From IMG/VR virus record IMGVR_UViG_3300022187_000017, positions 41,778-105,777 of that record: a stretch of DNA of 64,000 nt; one strand, given 5' to 3'. A program made the translations under genes and the position numbers. The stretch comes from a virus. Under the pieces are notes generated by a model. That model saw only the letters and a program-made list of their open reading frames with translations, was not told the DNA's origin and did not search any database. Position 1 is the first letter of the stretch. Each line of letters begins with the position of its first letter. Positions 9,083-16,612 of this stretch are shown here, one piece after another.

Positions 9083-9979
9083 CTAATATTTACTCATTAC
9101 ACAATGGCCATGGGACATCTTGTAGTCCACCAGCTCCTGCTCTGTCATATGCCCAAACTTCTCCAGAGCTGTTTTAAGGACTTCTGGGAGAGGATCTTTC
9201 TTACCCCACACACCAAGATTCTTTTCTTCCATGTGCTCATTAGCCTTCATCTTATTGGCCTCCAGCTTCACCCAGAGGTCATATGATGCTCTGTCATATC
9301 TATACAAGTACAATAACTCCTGCAGGCTCATGAATGGACATAAGATGCAATTGGAAGGATAAGGTACCTTCTCACCTACACTGGTGATGTAATCCTGACA
9401 TGCTTGCCGATCCATACCCTCTTCAATCAATGGATACTGCTTATTGATGCAAGTATTAAACCATTTCATCCCACTGGAGCCATTCTCAGAGGCTCTCTTC
9501 TCTTCTCCCTTAGCAATGCCTATAAGTACATTGATCTTCCCGTACTTCTCAGCAAACTCATAGAATGCTGCTTTCCTACCATACTTCTCAGTGTTGTAGT
9601 TGTGATGTACATACAGCTCTAGGAACTTGTAGATAGGCCTGATCTTCAGGTTATCTGTACAAGTCTTAGGGAATGCCTTAGATCCAACTGTATTTTTGCT
9701 CTGGTAGAATTTGATCAATCCACCCTTCCAGCTATTGGATGCCCATAGATCAGGCTCCAGATGAAAGAATGGGATCTTATGCTCATCACATAGCTCTTCT
9801 ACTCTCTCCAGATACTTATCAGTATGATCATGCTCATTTCTGGTATTAGCCATAACCACAATAAGATCACCCTTCACATATTTGGCCTTGAATACTGGAT
9901 CATGTAAACACTTAAAGAGGATGGCAGTTGAATCCTGCCCTCCTCCATAAGATAACATTGTAAGCTCTTTCTTCTCCAT
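9083..9979 (-). CDS. Second PAPS reductase-like (adenine nucleotide alpha-hydrolase) PP-loop protein
   Basis: LSYGGGQDST PP-loop, TCTDNLKIRPI, IGIAKGEEKRA, YPLIE..MDRQAC, PSNCILCPF. Confidence 0.8.
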   Translation of the reverse strand: MEKKELTMLSYGGGQDSTAILFKCLHDPVFKAKYVKGDLIVVMANTRNEHDHTDKYLERVEELCDEHKIPFFHLEPDLWASNSWKGGLIKFYQSKNTVGSKAFPKTCTDNLKIRPIYKFLELYVHHNYNTEKYGRKAAFYEFAEKYGKINVLIGIAKGEEKRASENGSSGMKWFNTCINKQYPLIEEGMDRQACQDYITSVGEKVPYPSNCILCPFMSLQELLYLYRYDRASYDLWVKLEANKMKANEHMEEKNLGVWGKKDPLPEVLKTALEKFGHMTEQELVDYKMSHGHCVMSKY

Positions 9980-10302
9980 TACACTAAGCTATGTGCTGTT
10001 GCTTGAGAGATCACTGGAAGATCCTGTGCCTTCTTAACGATCAATTCTAGATCTGCTTCTGCTCTGTATAAAGATACTAGGTTCCCATCTTCTTTGGCCT
10101 CATCTGCATTCTCCTTGATAAAAGTATCACATAGCTCCATTAAATCATTGTATAAGAATCCATCCTGCAATCCATGAAGGCTATTGATGAAGTTATTAAA
10201 CCCATGCCCATACTGTGAAAAAGTTCTGATTGTGTTACTTAGGAATGATAATTCGATTCTGTTGAAGTTCTCTTGTCTGTTGAAATTTGTGTAATTTGCC
10301 AT
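9979..10302 (-). CDS. Hypothetical early protein
   Basis: First gene after the promoter at about 10332; TAATG coupling to the next gene. Confidence 0.6.
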   Translation of the reverse strand: MANYTNFNRQENFNRIELSFLSNTIRTFSQYGHGFNNFINSLHGLQDGFLYNDLMELCDTFIKENADEAKEDGNLVSLYRAEADLELIVKKAQDLPVISQATAHSLV

Positions 10303-10331
10303 GATTTGATGTTTTTGTTGTTATTAATGAT

Positions 10332-10363
10332 GTAAATATAGTTACTATATCTCATTCCTGCAA
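10332..10363 (-). promoter_or_regulatory. Bacteroidota-type early promoter
   Basis: Minus strand TTGCAGGAATGAGATATAGTAACTATATTTAC. Confidence 0.65.
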
Positions 10364-10516
10364 GACTTTTTTTACTTAAAACATCAAATAATTTATAACT
10401 CACTGATTACCAGTGAGAAAAATATGCATATTTTTTATGCATATCACCCATATATGTATAAAAAAGTGCATAAATGTATACATATATGCTAACAATGCAT
10501 GATCTTTCATACCAAT

Positions 10517-10556
10517 AAAAAAGGGAGGATTTACGATCCATTACTGGATTCCTCCC
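10517..10556 (-). terminator. Intrinsic terminator closing the tmRNA coding piece
   Basis: Minus strand GGGAGGA...TCCTCCC followed by TTTTTT. Confidence 0.75.
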
Positions 10557-10795
10557 ATACGTCTTATGCAGCCATTCTAAATGGTGCAGTAGATTGTTGT
10601 ATAACTTCTGGAGTTATAATTAAAATAGCCTCCTTTATCGCTTCTTTACGCTGTCAAAACCAGTCTACCCCATGTTCCCAGATATAGTGCTGGGATCACT
10701 TCCACTTTTTAAACAACCTCCTTCTGGAGATAGTGGAGTAGATGGGAGTCGAACCCATGTCCAAACATAATCCACAATAATATCAACGAACTACT
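10517..10795 (-). ncRNA. ssrA: Circularly permuted (two-piece) tmRNA gene
   Basis: Minus strand. The acceptor piece comes first: TTATGTT-TGGAC-ATGGG-TTCGACT-CCCAT-CTACTCC-A (10770-10734). An intervening segment with two hairpins follows, then the coding piece GGGGTAG-ACTGGTTTTGAC-AGCGTAA starting at 10671. The acceptor stem GGGGTAG/CTACTCC has G3-U70, and helix 2a AGCGTAA/TTATGTT pairs across the pieces. The tag frame ...PEVIQQSTAPFRMAA* ends at 10564. Confidence 0.85.
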
Positions 10796-10799
10796 TTGC

Positions 10800-10812
10800 T
10801 GTAAAGATAGTA
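10800..10812 (-). promoter_or_regulatory. Putative promoter (-7 element) for the tmRNA
   Basis: Minus strand TACTATCTTTAC (TAtcTTTA), followed by AGCAAAGTAGTTCGTTGATATTATTG. Confidence 0.5.
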
Positions 10813-10872
10813 AATCTATCGCTTTGTATATGATTTCGTTTTAATGAATTATATACTTTGTTGTGTGTAGTT

Positions 10873-10935
10873 TTATACCCGATAAGGTATAATATATGAT
10901 ACATTAACCTATATTATACCCGATAAGGTATAATA
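10873..10935. repeat. Two copies of a 22-bp palindromic element
   Basis: TTATACCCGATAAGGTATAATA at 10873-10894 and 10914-10935. Each copy is TTATACC-N6-GGTATAA. Confidence 0.85.
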
Positions 10936-10948
10936 ACTCACTCATAAA

Positions 10949-11548
10949 TTACACACAACTCTTTATATGATTATCTAGAAGATAAAAACATACATCTGGC
11001 TTTCTGGCCTCATCATCATTATAGTCTATAGGCATCCCTACAGCCTCTTCTACAGTCTTAACCACTATTGTATGCTTCAATCCATATTCCTCTATTAAAT
11101 GATCATCCCTACCTCCATAACTAGCTGTTAGGACTAAATTGGAAGGGATCTCATCTATTCTGGCTACCCAATATCTCAGAGACTTTGTATATGCCCAGAA
11201 TTCAACCTCTGGATGATCTCTACATAACTGCAGCCACATGTCAAAGTATTTCTGGGAGAAGAAGTCTCCAGATGAATGGATCCTTACTGACTCACATTTA
11301 TTGGGAATCACTGGGATCCCTCCAGCTCTTGCAAAATCAAAGTTATCCCATCTATGATCTCTCACTGCTGGGAATCTCTCTGCACTGGCTGCATAACATC
11401 TATATGCATCACTGCTGTTCTCAAACTTACCTGTCTCCCTGTCTACCTTCACTAAGCATTCCTCAGCAAATGGACAGGTATGGCCTGTTGGCATGTTCCA
11501 TTCAAATACTACACCAGTGTAATATTTAGTCTTTCTTGTAAACTTCAT
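10949..11548 (-). CDS. GP88-like phage protein (Cys-cluster, radical-SAM-like)
   Basis: WNMPTGHTCPFA..C...CYA, VRIHSSGDFFS, FWAYTKS, NLVLTAS. Confidence 0.7.
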   Translation of the reverse strand: MKFTRKTKYYTGVVFEWNMPTGHTCPFAEECLVKVDRETGKFENSSDAYRCYAASAERFPAVRDHRWDNFDFARAGGIPVIPNKCESVRIHSSGDFFSQKYFDMWLQLCRDHPEVEFWAYTKSLRYWVARIDEIPSNLVLTASYGGRDDHLIEEYGLKHTIVVKTVEEAVGMPIDYNDDEARKPDVCFYLLDNHIKSCV

Positions 11549-11601
11549 AGTTCATTATTTATTAGTGTTCATGTTACATGAACAGTCCTCTAGACTGAAC
11601 A

Positions 11602-12018
11602 TTATGCTGGAATATACTCTCCAGACTCTTCTCTATCATTCCTGAAGAAGATCCCTCCAGCATAGTGCTCATAAGACCTCTTCACTTTAATGTCTTGCCA
11701 TCCCTTATAATCTGGGATCAATCTATACACTAGCTCTGCATAGCACTTCACATCTATACCATTGGGTACATAGATAGTCATCAACTTAGTTGACTGCTCT
11801 GGATCCTTCTTATCGATCAGCTTTTGAGTCCCCACCTTGAATGGAGCTTTAGTGTAATATAGGAATCCCTTCAATGCATCATACAGAAACATAGCATCCT
11901 GAACTGTCTTACCTTGGATAGAAAGTTTCCATCCATCAGATGTTTCTGAGTCTGTATTGACCATTAGGAAGTATCTGTTACTGTCCTTCAATTCGTTATA
12001 TAGTGCTGGTGTTGCCAT
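11602..12018 (-). CDS. Standalone LanKC/RamC N-terminal (phosphothreonine-lyase/HopA1-like) domain protein
   Basis: DGWKLSI...PFKV...QSTKLMTIYVP...IFFR resembles QGWKIHVS...FK...GKFITIYP...YRY. Confidence 0.45.
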   Translation of the reverse strand: MATPALYNELKDSNRYFLMVNTDSETSDGWKLSIQGKTVQDAMFLYDALKGFLYYTKAPFKVGTQKLIDKKDPEQSTKLMTIYVPNGIDVKCYAELVYRLIPDYKGWQDIKVKRSYEHYAGGIFFRNDREESGEYIPA

Positions 12019-12021
12019 AGT

Positions 12022-12246
12022 CTATCTCTCTTCTATTGTTACTGCAGTGTCATATACTGCCACTGGATACTTCTTCAGCCTACCACTGATATCTCTCTTC
12101 TCTTCAGATCCTGCAGATGTTACTGTCTGCTTCTGAGTCTGCTTCAGAAATGTCATTGCCTTCCCATGAGTTGGAAAATGAACCTCAGACCTCATTAATG
12201 TGAGGCCTGTGATCCTGTCTTTATGTGTTACTGTGATGTGTATCAT
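12022..12246 (-). CDS. Hypothetical protein
   Basis: ORF track. Confidence 0.5.
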   Translation of the reverse strand: MIHITVTHKDRITGLTLMRSEVHFPTHGKAMTFLKQTQKQTVTSAGSEEKRDISGRLKKYPVAVYDTAVTIEER

Positions 12247-12249
12247 AGC

Positions 12250-12381
12250 TTAGTTGCTTAAAGTTTGTATTGCATCCTCATAAGATAGATCTTCTCCTCT
12301 TTCCTCTGCCTGCATCATGGCTAATCTAGCCAAGTGATGTAGATCTAATCCTATTAAAAACTCTCTTTTTTCTGTTGTCAT
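12250..12381 (-). CDS. Hypothetical 43-aa early protein (below the track cutoff)
   Basis: MTTEKREFLIGLDLHHLARLAMMQAEERGEDLSYEDAIQTLSN*; directly after the promoter at about 12409. Confidence 0.55.
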   Translation of the reverse strand: MTTEKREFLIGLDLHHLARLAMMQAEERGEDLSYEDAIQTLSN

Positions 12382-12408
12382 GATATGCTATTTTGCTGTT
12401 ATTCTGGT

Positions 12409-12440
12409 GTAAATATATACTAACTATATTTAATACACAA
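12409..12440 (-). promoter_or_regulatory. Bacteroidota-type early promoter
   Basis: Minus strand TTGTGTATTAAATATAGTTAGTATATATTTAC. Confidence 0.65.
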
Positions 12441-12457
12441 CAAAAAAGTGAAAAACT

Positions 12458-12688
12458 TTATGAACTTTGTCTATTCTTCTTATAGGAATGAGAGTCTATC
12501 TGGTGCTTATAGATCACCCTCAGCAGGCCTGTATATCCATATGGCTTATTCTCTGGACATAGGATCTTCTGTGCTTTCTTCACACTCCCTTTAGTCTTTT
12601 TGAGTGCTGCAATGATCATCCTCTTCTCTCCTGCAAAGAGGTTAAATTCCCCTTTGTACATATTTGGTGTATATAATTTATCAGCCAT
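12458..12688 (-). CDS. Fis-like helix-turn-helix protein
   Basis: NLFAGEKRMIIAALKKTKGSVKKAQKIL resembles the Fis/NtrC C-terminal HTH pattern. Confidence 0.6.
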   Translation of the reverse strand: MADKLYTPNMYKGEFNLFAGEKRMIIAALKKTKGSVKKAQKILCPENKPYGYTGLLRVIYKHQIDSHSYKKNRQSS

Positions 12689-12915
12689 TATCCTAGTATT
12701 TTTAATCTCTCAATATCCTTCTTTGTTGCCATATAAAACATCTCTCTGAGTTGCTTGAATGTTAGATCTCTCAATCTCTTAGTTCCATAATAACTCTGAA
12801 AATCTTCCATGTGCTTATCCTTATACTCCAGCAGGTAGTATTTAATTCTACTAGGTATTTGATCTAATGGATCTGTTTTTTTTGGAGTATTCTCCCCTTC
12901 CCATGTTCCACTCAT
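12688..12915 (-). CDS. Hypothetical protein
   Basis: ORF track; TAATG coupling. Confidence 0.5.
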   Translation of the reverse strand: MSGTWEGENTPKKTDPLDQIPSRIKYYLLEYKDKHMEDFQSYYGTKRLRDLTFKQLREMFYMATKKDIERLKILG

Positions 12916-12934
12916 AACTTCTCTTTTAGTTCTC

Positions 12935-13117
12935 TCATGATTTCTGTTTATTTACCCATTTAATTGCATTCTTATGATCTTTAATCTCTTCTATGAGTCC
13001 TTTGTACTCTGGATCCAGTTCCTCTTCAGGGAGTATTCCATGTCCCATTCCTACCAGTTCTCTTTCATAGTGTTCCATAGTAGTCTTTAGTAACCTTAAT
13101 GCTAATGCTTTACTCAT
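12935..13117 (-). CDS. Hypothetical protein
   Basis: ORF track. Confidence 0.5.
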   Translation of the reverse strand: MSKALALRLLKTTMEHYERELVGMGHGILPEEELDPEYKGLIEEIKDHKNAIKWVNKQKS

Positions 13118-13119
13118 GA

Positions 13120-13302
13120 TTACTTATAATTACGATTAACTAAGTAGCTACTTAGCGTTAATGGCTTAGGGCATTCCTCTAATGGCTTTCTACTGTGTAT
13201 ATGCCCATTGAAACTTTGCTTAGTTACTTCAGTACTAAACCCCAAACTACACCCAAAAGATGTTAAGGCTCTACAGTTGTTACAATTTCTTTTCATTCCC
13301 AT
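13120..13302 (-). CDS. Small Cys-rich hypothetical protein
   Basis: CNNC...CSLG...PLEECPKP. Confidence 0.55.
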   Translation of the reverse strand: MGMKRNCNNCRALTSFGCSLGFSTEVTKQSFNGHIHSRKPLEECPKPLTLSSYLVNRNYK

Positions 13303-13304
13303 CT

Positions 13305-13550
13305 CTATCCTTCTTTTATTTTAAATACACTCCAGCCTTTAGGATTGCCATCTGGATCCACTGTTCTTAGTGTCCCTGCTGCACCCATTAGAAGATACTC
13401 AAATGTACCTCCCATCATGTCTATGAAGATCTGAGTAACTCTACTCCCACCTCTCATGTATGATATCCCTCTGGTATAATCAGAAGGCTCCAGAAAGACA
13501 TTTGGATGTCTCACTGGAGTCTCTTGGTTTAAGTATTGATCTAATGTCAT
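13305..13550 (-). CDS. Hypothetical protein
   Basis: ORF track. Confidence 0.5.
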   Translation of the reverse strand: MTLDQYLNQETPVRHPNVFLEPSDYTRGISYMRGGSRVTQIFIDMMGGTFEYLLMGAAGTLRTVDPDGNPKGWSVFKIKEG

Positions 13551-14206
13551 TACTTGATCTTTCTAGTGGTTACAATGAACCTGTGATGAGGAGCTACTAA
13601 ATGACCATCTACCCAGATGAATCTGCAATGGAACTCTTGAGTCTCCTGTTGGATAAGGATCTCTAATTCGCTCCCTCTAGCTCTTGCTGTTGATAATGTC
13701 ATCTTCTCAGTTGACTTGGCCTCAGATAATACTCTTAATACCAGCTTATCAAATCTCTGGATCCAACCTTTGTTGGCCTCAGTCATAAATTTGAACTTAG
13801 TCAATGACTCTCTTCCAATCATTATTCTAGTTGCATTCAGCTTATCCCACTCTCCCATTATAGTCCACTTGGATACTGGAGTATTTAACCACTCTTCTCT
13901 CTGTCTATCACTAAACTTCTGGTAAGAATTTCCATATCTACCATTGTCATAAGGAGCACTCTGACCTAGATCTCCTCTTGTGATAACATCTGTATACTTC
14001 TCAGCTGCTGCCTCTCTTGATTCAGCATCAACTATCATTAACTCCTCTTCAAGATCTTCTAACTGATCCCAATGGTAGTTAGTATACGCTGTCATAAATT
14101 TGTTCTCAAAGTCTCTTAGCATCTTGGCTAATTTCATCTCTAGATTAGACTTCTGAATTCTTCTTCTTTTTACTTCTGCTTGTGATAATTCCTTAATTAG
14201 TGTCAT
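13550..14206 (-). CDS. Hypothetical early protein
   Basis: First gene after the promoter at about 14240. Confidence 0.6.
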   Translation of the reverse strand: MTLIKELSQAEVKRRRIQKSNLEMKLAKMLRDFENKFMTAYTNYHWDQLEDLEEELMIVDAESREAAAEKYTDVITRGDLGQSAPYDNGRYGNSYQKFSDRQREEWLNTPVSKWTIMGEWDKLNATRIMIGRESLTKFKFMTEANKGWIQRFDKLVLRVLSEAKSTEKMTLSTARARGSELEILIQQETQEFHCRFIWVDGHLVAPHHRFIVTTRKIK

Positions 14207-14237
14207 AATATGATATTTATTTGTTGTTAATATGGTG

Positions 14238-14268
14238 CTAAAATATAGTTAATATATTTACTGTGCAA
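14238..14268 (-). promoter_or_regulatory. Bacteroidota-type early promoter
   Basis: Minus strand TTGCACAGTAAATATATTAACTATATTTTAG. Confidence 0.65.
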
Positions 14269-14509
14269 GAAAAAGATGATTTATTTTCACTTTAAATGAA
14301 TAACACCTCCTTAGAATACCATTATTCAACCTCATCACATAAGAATAGTGACATTTGTCATAGCCTTCATAGTGATCCTTAACATAGGCAATAGCATCAA
14401 AATAGTGATCTGCCATTACTGTCACATAAGTACTTCCAGAGGATCCATAGATCCCCTTATTGAATACTTCCTCGGTTCCTTGATATGGATATGTCCCAGC
14501 AAAATACAT
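14258..14509 (-). CDS. Hypothetical protein
   Basis: ORF track. Confidence 0.5.
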   Translation of the reverse strand: MYFAGTYPYQGTEEVFNKGIYGSSGSTYVTVMADHYFDAIAYVKDHYEGYDKCHYSYVMRLNNGILRRCYSFKVKINHLFLAQ

Positions 14510-14697
14510 TATCTACCTATTGATTTTAATACTGTGTTAACCTCTCCTAGGTCTTGAGCTTCTTCTTTAGTTGAAGAATATCCAGTATTGTAGTCTCTAT
14601 CACTACTGTCTATTAGATGAAACTTCTCTGATCTGGTTCCATAAATGATCTTCTCTTCTGGCTTACAATTTGCTAATGCTTTGATAAATGTATACAT
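14509..14697 (-). CDS. Hypothetical early protein
   Basis: In-frame ATG at 14697 (MYTFIKA) lies downstream of the promoter at 14717-14748. Confidence 0.5.
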   Translation of the reverse strand: MYTFIKALANCKPEEKIIYGTRSEKFHLIDSSDRDYNTGYSSTKEEAQDLGEVNTVLKSIGR

Positions 14698-14716
14698 AAT
14701 TTGTTGTTTTAGGCTA

Positions 14717-14748
14717 CTAAAATATAACAAGTATATTTAATACGCAAA
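14717..14748 (-). promoter_or_regulatory. Bacteroidota-type early promoter
   Basis: Minus strand TTTGCGTATTAAATATACTTGTTATATTTTAG. Confidence 0.6.
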
Positions 14749-14755
14749 TAAAACA

Positions 14756-15589
14756 TCATTTATTTTTATCTACCAGTACCATCCCATAGTCATTTACTCC
14801 CTCTGGGATCTGTAGGCCCTGCTTCTTGATCATCTCATTATTCTTGAATCCACTATAATTCACCTGATGATGCCATCTCTCATACCTCCAGACTACCTTC
14901 ACAACATCAGGATGCTGCCTCTGGAGACTCTCAGCAAACTCTTTCCTGTTATTGGTGTCTTTATATACCTCATCAGTATTGCCTCCCTTCATCTTCATTG
15001 TTGTGGCCTTCTGCTGTATGAATGCATTGAATAGGACTGTTGGATGCCCATCCTTCAGGATCCTAAGACATAGATCTGTATCCTCATTGTACTTACCTCT
15101 CCACCTGTACTCCAGATCATTCTTGATCAATGTGCAGCTGTAGATCCTGTTATTCCTTGAGAATGCTGGCATGACTGTCTTGGCCTTGGCAAAGTGATCA
15201 TACTGGAATCCTGCTAGTGCTATGTTCTCATATCGATCTACAAAGATCTCTGCACACCTGAAGATAGTGCCATCTGTCACCTTCACCTGCAGGTTCCTGT
15301 TGAGTCTATTGAACTGCTCTATATTGTCATCTAATAACCAGTGCCTCTCATGGCCTTCTGCAATAGAATGCTCCCAGACATAGTTTCTAGCTGGAATGGA
15401 TCCCTGCCCTAAATTACTGAATGGGAGCTTTAATATCTTCTCTGGATCAATTACCTCAGCATAGCTATCATACTCCTGTGGCTCCACAACTATACGATAA
15501 GGGACTTTCATCCTCTCCAGAGTCTTAGATGTCATCCTTGACTTCCATCTGCCTTTAGAAATGATATAAACTGGATATTTAGGATTCAT
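14756..15589 (-). CDS. GT-A fold glycosyltransferase of the TAGT/GREB1-like (DNA-base glycosylating) type
   Basis: YPVYIISKGR, VVEPQEY..Y, ARNYVWEH, WLLDDNI, YNEDTDLCLRILKDG, MKGGNT. Confidence 0.75.
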   Translation of the reverse strand: MNPKYPVYIISKGRWKSRMTSKTLERMKVPYRIVVEPQEYDSYAEVIDPEKILKLPFSNLGQGSIPARNYVWEHSIAEGHERHWLLDDNIEQFNRLNRNLQVKVTDGTIFRCAEIFVDRYENIALAGFQYDHFAKAKTVMPAFSRNNRIYSCTLIKNDLEYRWRGKYNEDTDLCLRILKDGHPTVLFNAFIQQKATTMKMKGGNTDEVYKDTNNRKEFAESLQRQHPDVVKVVWRYERWHHQVNYSGFKNNEMIKKQGLQIPEGVNDYGMVLVDKNK

Positions 15590-15812
15590 CTCCTCTATAC
15601 TCTAGATGTGCATATCTCCTAGGTGCCATATATGGATACCATAGTGACTTCTGCTTTGGAGTGATCTTCTGCTTCATGAGCTCTTCAAACTCCTTCACAT
15701 CTTCATCATTCCTGAAGTGAACTACTATCTTTCTCTTGGAAGTGAGATCCTCTTGATGGAATTCTGGCATATCTTTCCAGTCCTCCTTCCATGACTCATC
15801 CTTCTTGGCCAT
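15579..15812 (-). CDS. Small protein coupled to the glycosyltransferase
   Basis: WKDMPEF.QED...IVVHFRNDEDV..F...QKIT...SLWYP; overlaps the glycosyltransferase start. Confidence 0.6.
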   Translation of the reverse strand: MAKKDESWKEDWKDMPEFHQEDLTSKRKIVVHFRNDEDVKEFEELMKQKITPKQKSLWYPYMAPRRYAHLEYRGDES

Positions 15813-15813
15813 C

Positions 15814-16248
15814 CTATTGAGTCTTTCCTAGCTCCTCTACTACAGCCTTATTGGACTGCTTCTGGATCTCAGCCATACCCAATAGACCTCTTACATTGGT
15901 GAAGTCTGCATATATTGTGAACTTACCATTAGTTACCATTGGCTTGAGTACTCCTAACATTATATTATATACATCAGCTGGAACACCATGCACTGGCATG
16001 ACCAATCTCCATGGCTCTACATTCTTCTTCTCCTTCTTACAGTCATCAATATATCCCTTATTGATACTCATTAACTTCTCCTCCCAGTCTCTTACATTAG
16101 ACTTTAGGTAGGCATCCAGCATCTTATTAGCTCTATCTACTCTTCTGAGTGTACCCCTACTGTTCTGTTGTACAAATAATTTTAATTTTTTTGCCATTGT
16201 CTCTATTTTATTATTTATGCTCCCATTTCTCTTTACCACAGTGAACAC
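15814..16248 (-). CDS. Hypothetical protein
   Basis: ORF track; the true start is probably MAKKLK. Confidence 0.5.
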   Translation of the reverse strand: MFTVVKRNGSINNKIETMAKKLKLFVQQNSRGTLRRVDRANKMLDAYLKSNVRDWEEKLMSINKGYIDDCKKEKKNVEPWRLVMPVHGVPADVYNIMLGVLKPMVTNGKFTIYADFTNVRGLLGMAEIQKQSNKAVVEELGKTQ

Positions 16249-16504
16249 AATGAGTTAATGAAGTCCCTCCATAGTCTGGCCAGAAATTACATTTAGCAGT
16301 GTTCTCTACTGTTATATTTACGTTTATACTCTCTACTGGTGCATTTGGATAGAACTTAACTGTATACCCATCATCTCCCAGATCTCCTGTAGCTTTACCT
16401 ATCTCCTCTCCTTCATAATAGGCTATTCCATCTACTACCATATAGTTCTCTGCATTCTCTAGATCATCAAAGATTAATGCTATGAAGATACCACTAACTT
16501 GCAT
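16211..16504 (-). CDS. Hypothetical protein
   Basis: ORF track; C-terminal CxxC. Confidence 0.5.
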   Translation of the reverse strand: MQVSGIFIALIFDDLENAENYMVVDGIAYYEGEEIGKATGDLGDDGYTVKFYPNAPVESINVNITVENTAKCNFWPDYGGTSLTHCVHCGKEKWEHK

Positions 16505-16612
16505 GCTTGAAGTATATAGCGATTATTCCTCCAATGGCTGCCAGTGAGATCAATACCCAGAGAATACTCCATGTATGATACTCCTTCCAGCTGTTGAATC
16601 TCTTTATCCAGC

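Noticed and set aside
10499-10687. 62-aa plus-strand ORF
   Set aside because: It is antisense to the tmRNA coding piece and its terminator, and the RNA gene explains the region better.
10731-10800. Ordinary tRNA gene, or an attP-type tmRNA 3' fragment
   Set aside because: There is no 5' acceptor strand, D-arm or anticodon arm upstream. The matching 5' half lies downstream with a tag frame, and no integrase is visible in the window.
10873-10935. CRISPR array
   Set aside because: Only two 22-bp copies with a 19-bp gap, and no cas genes.
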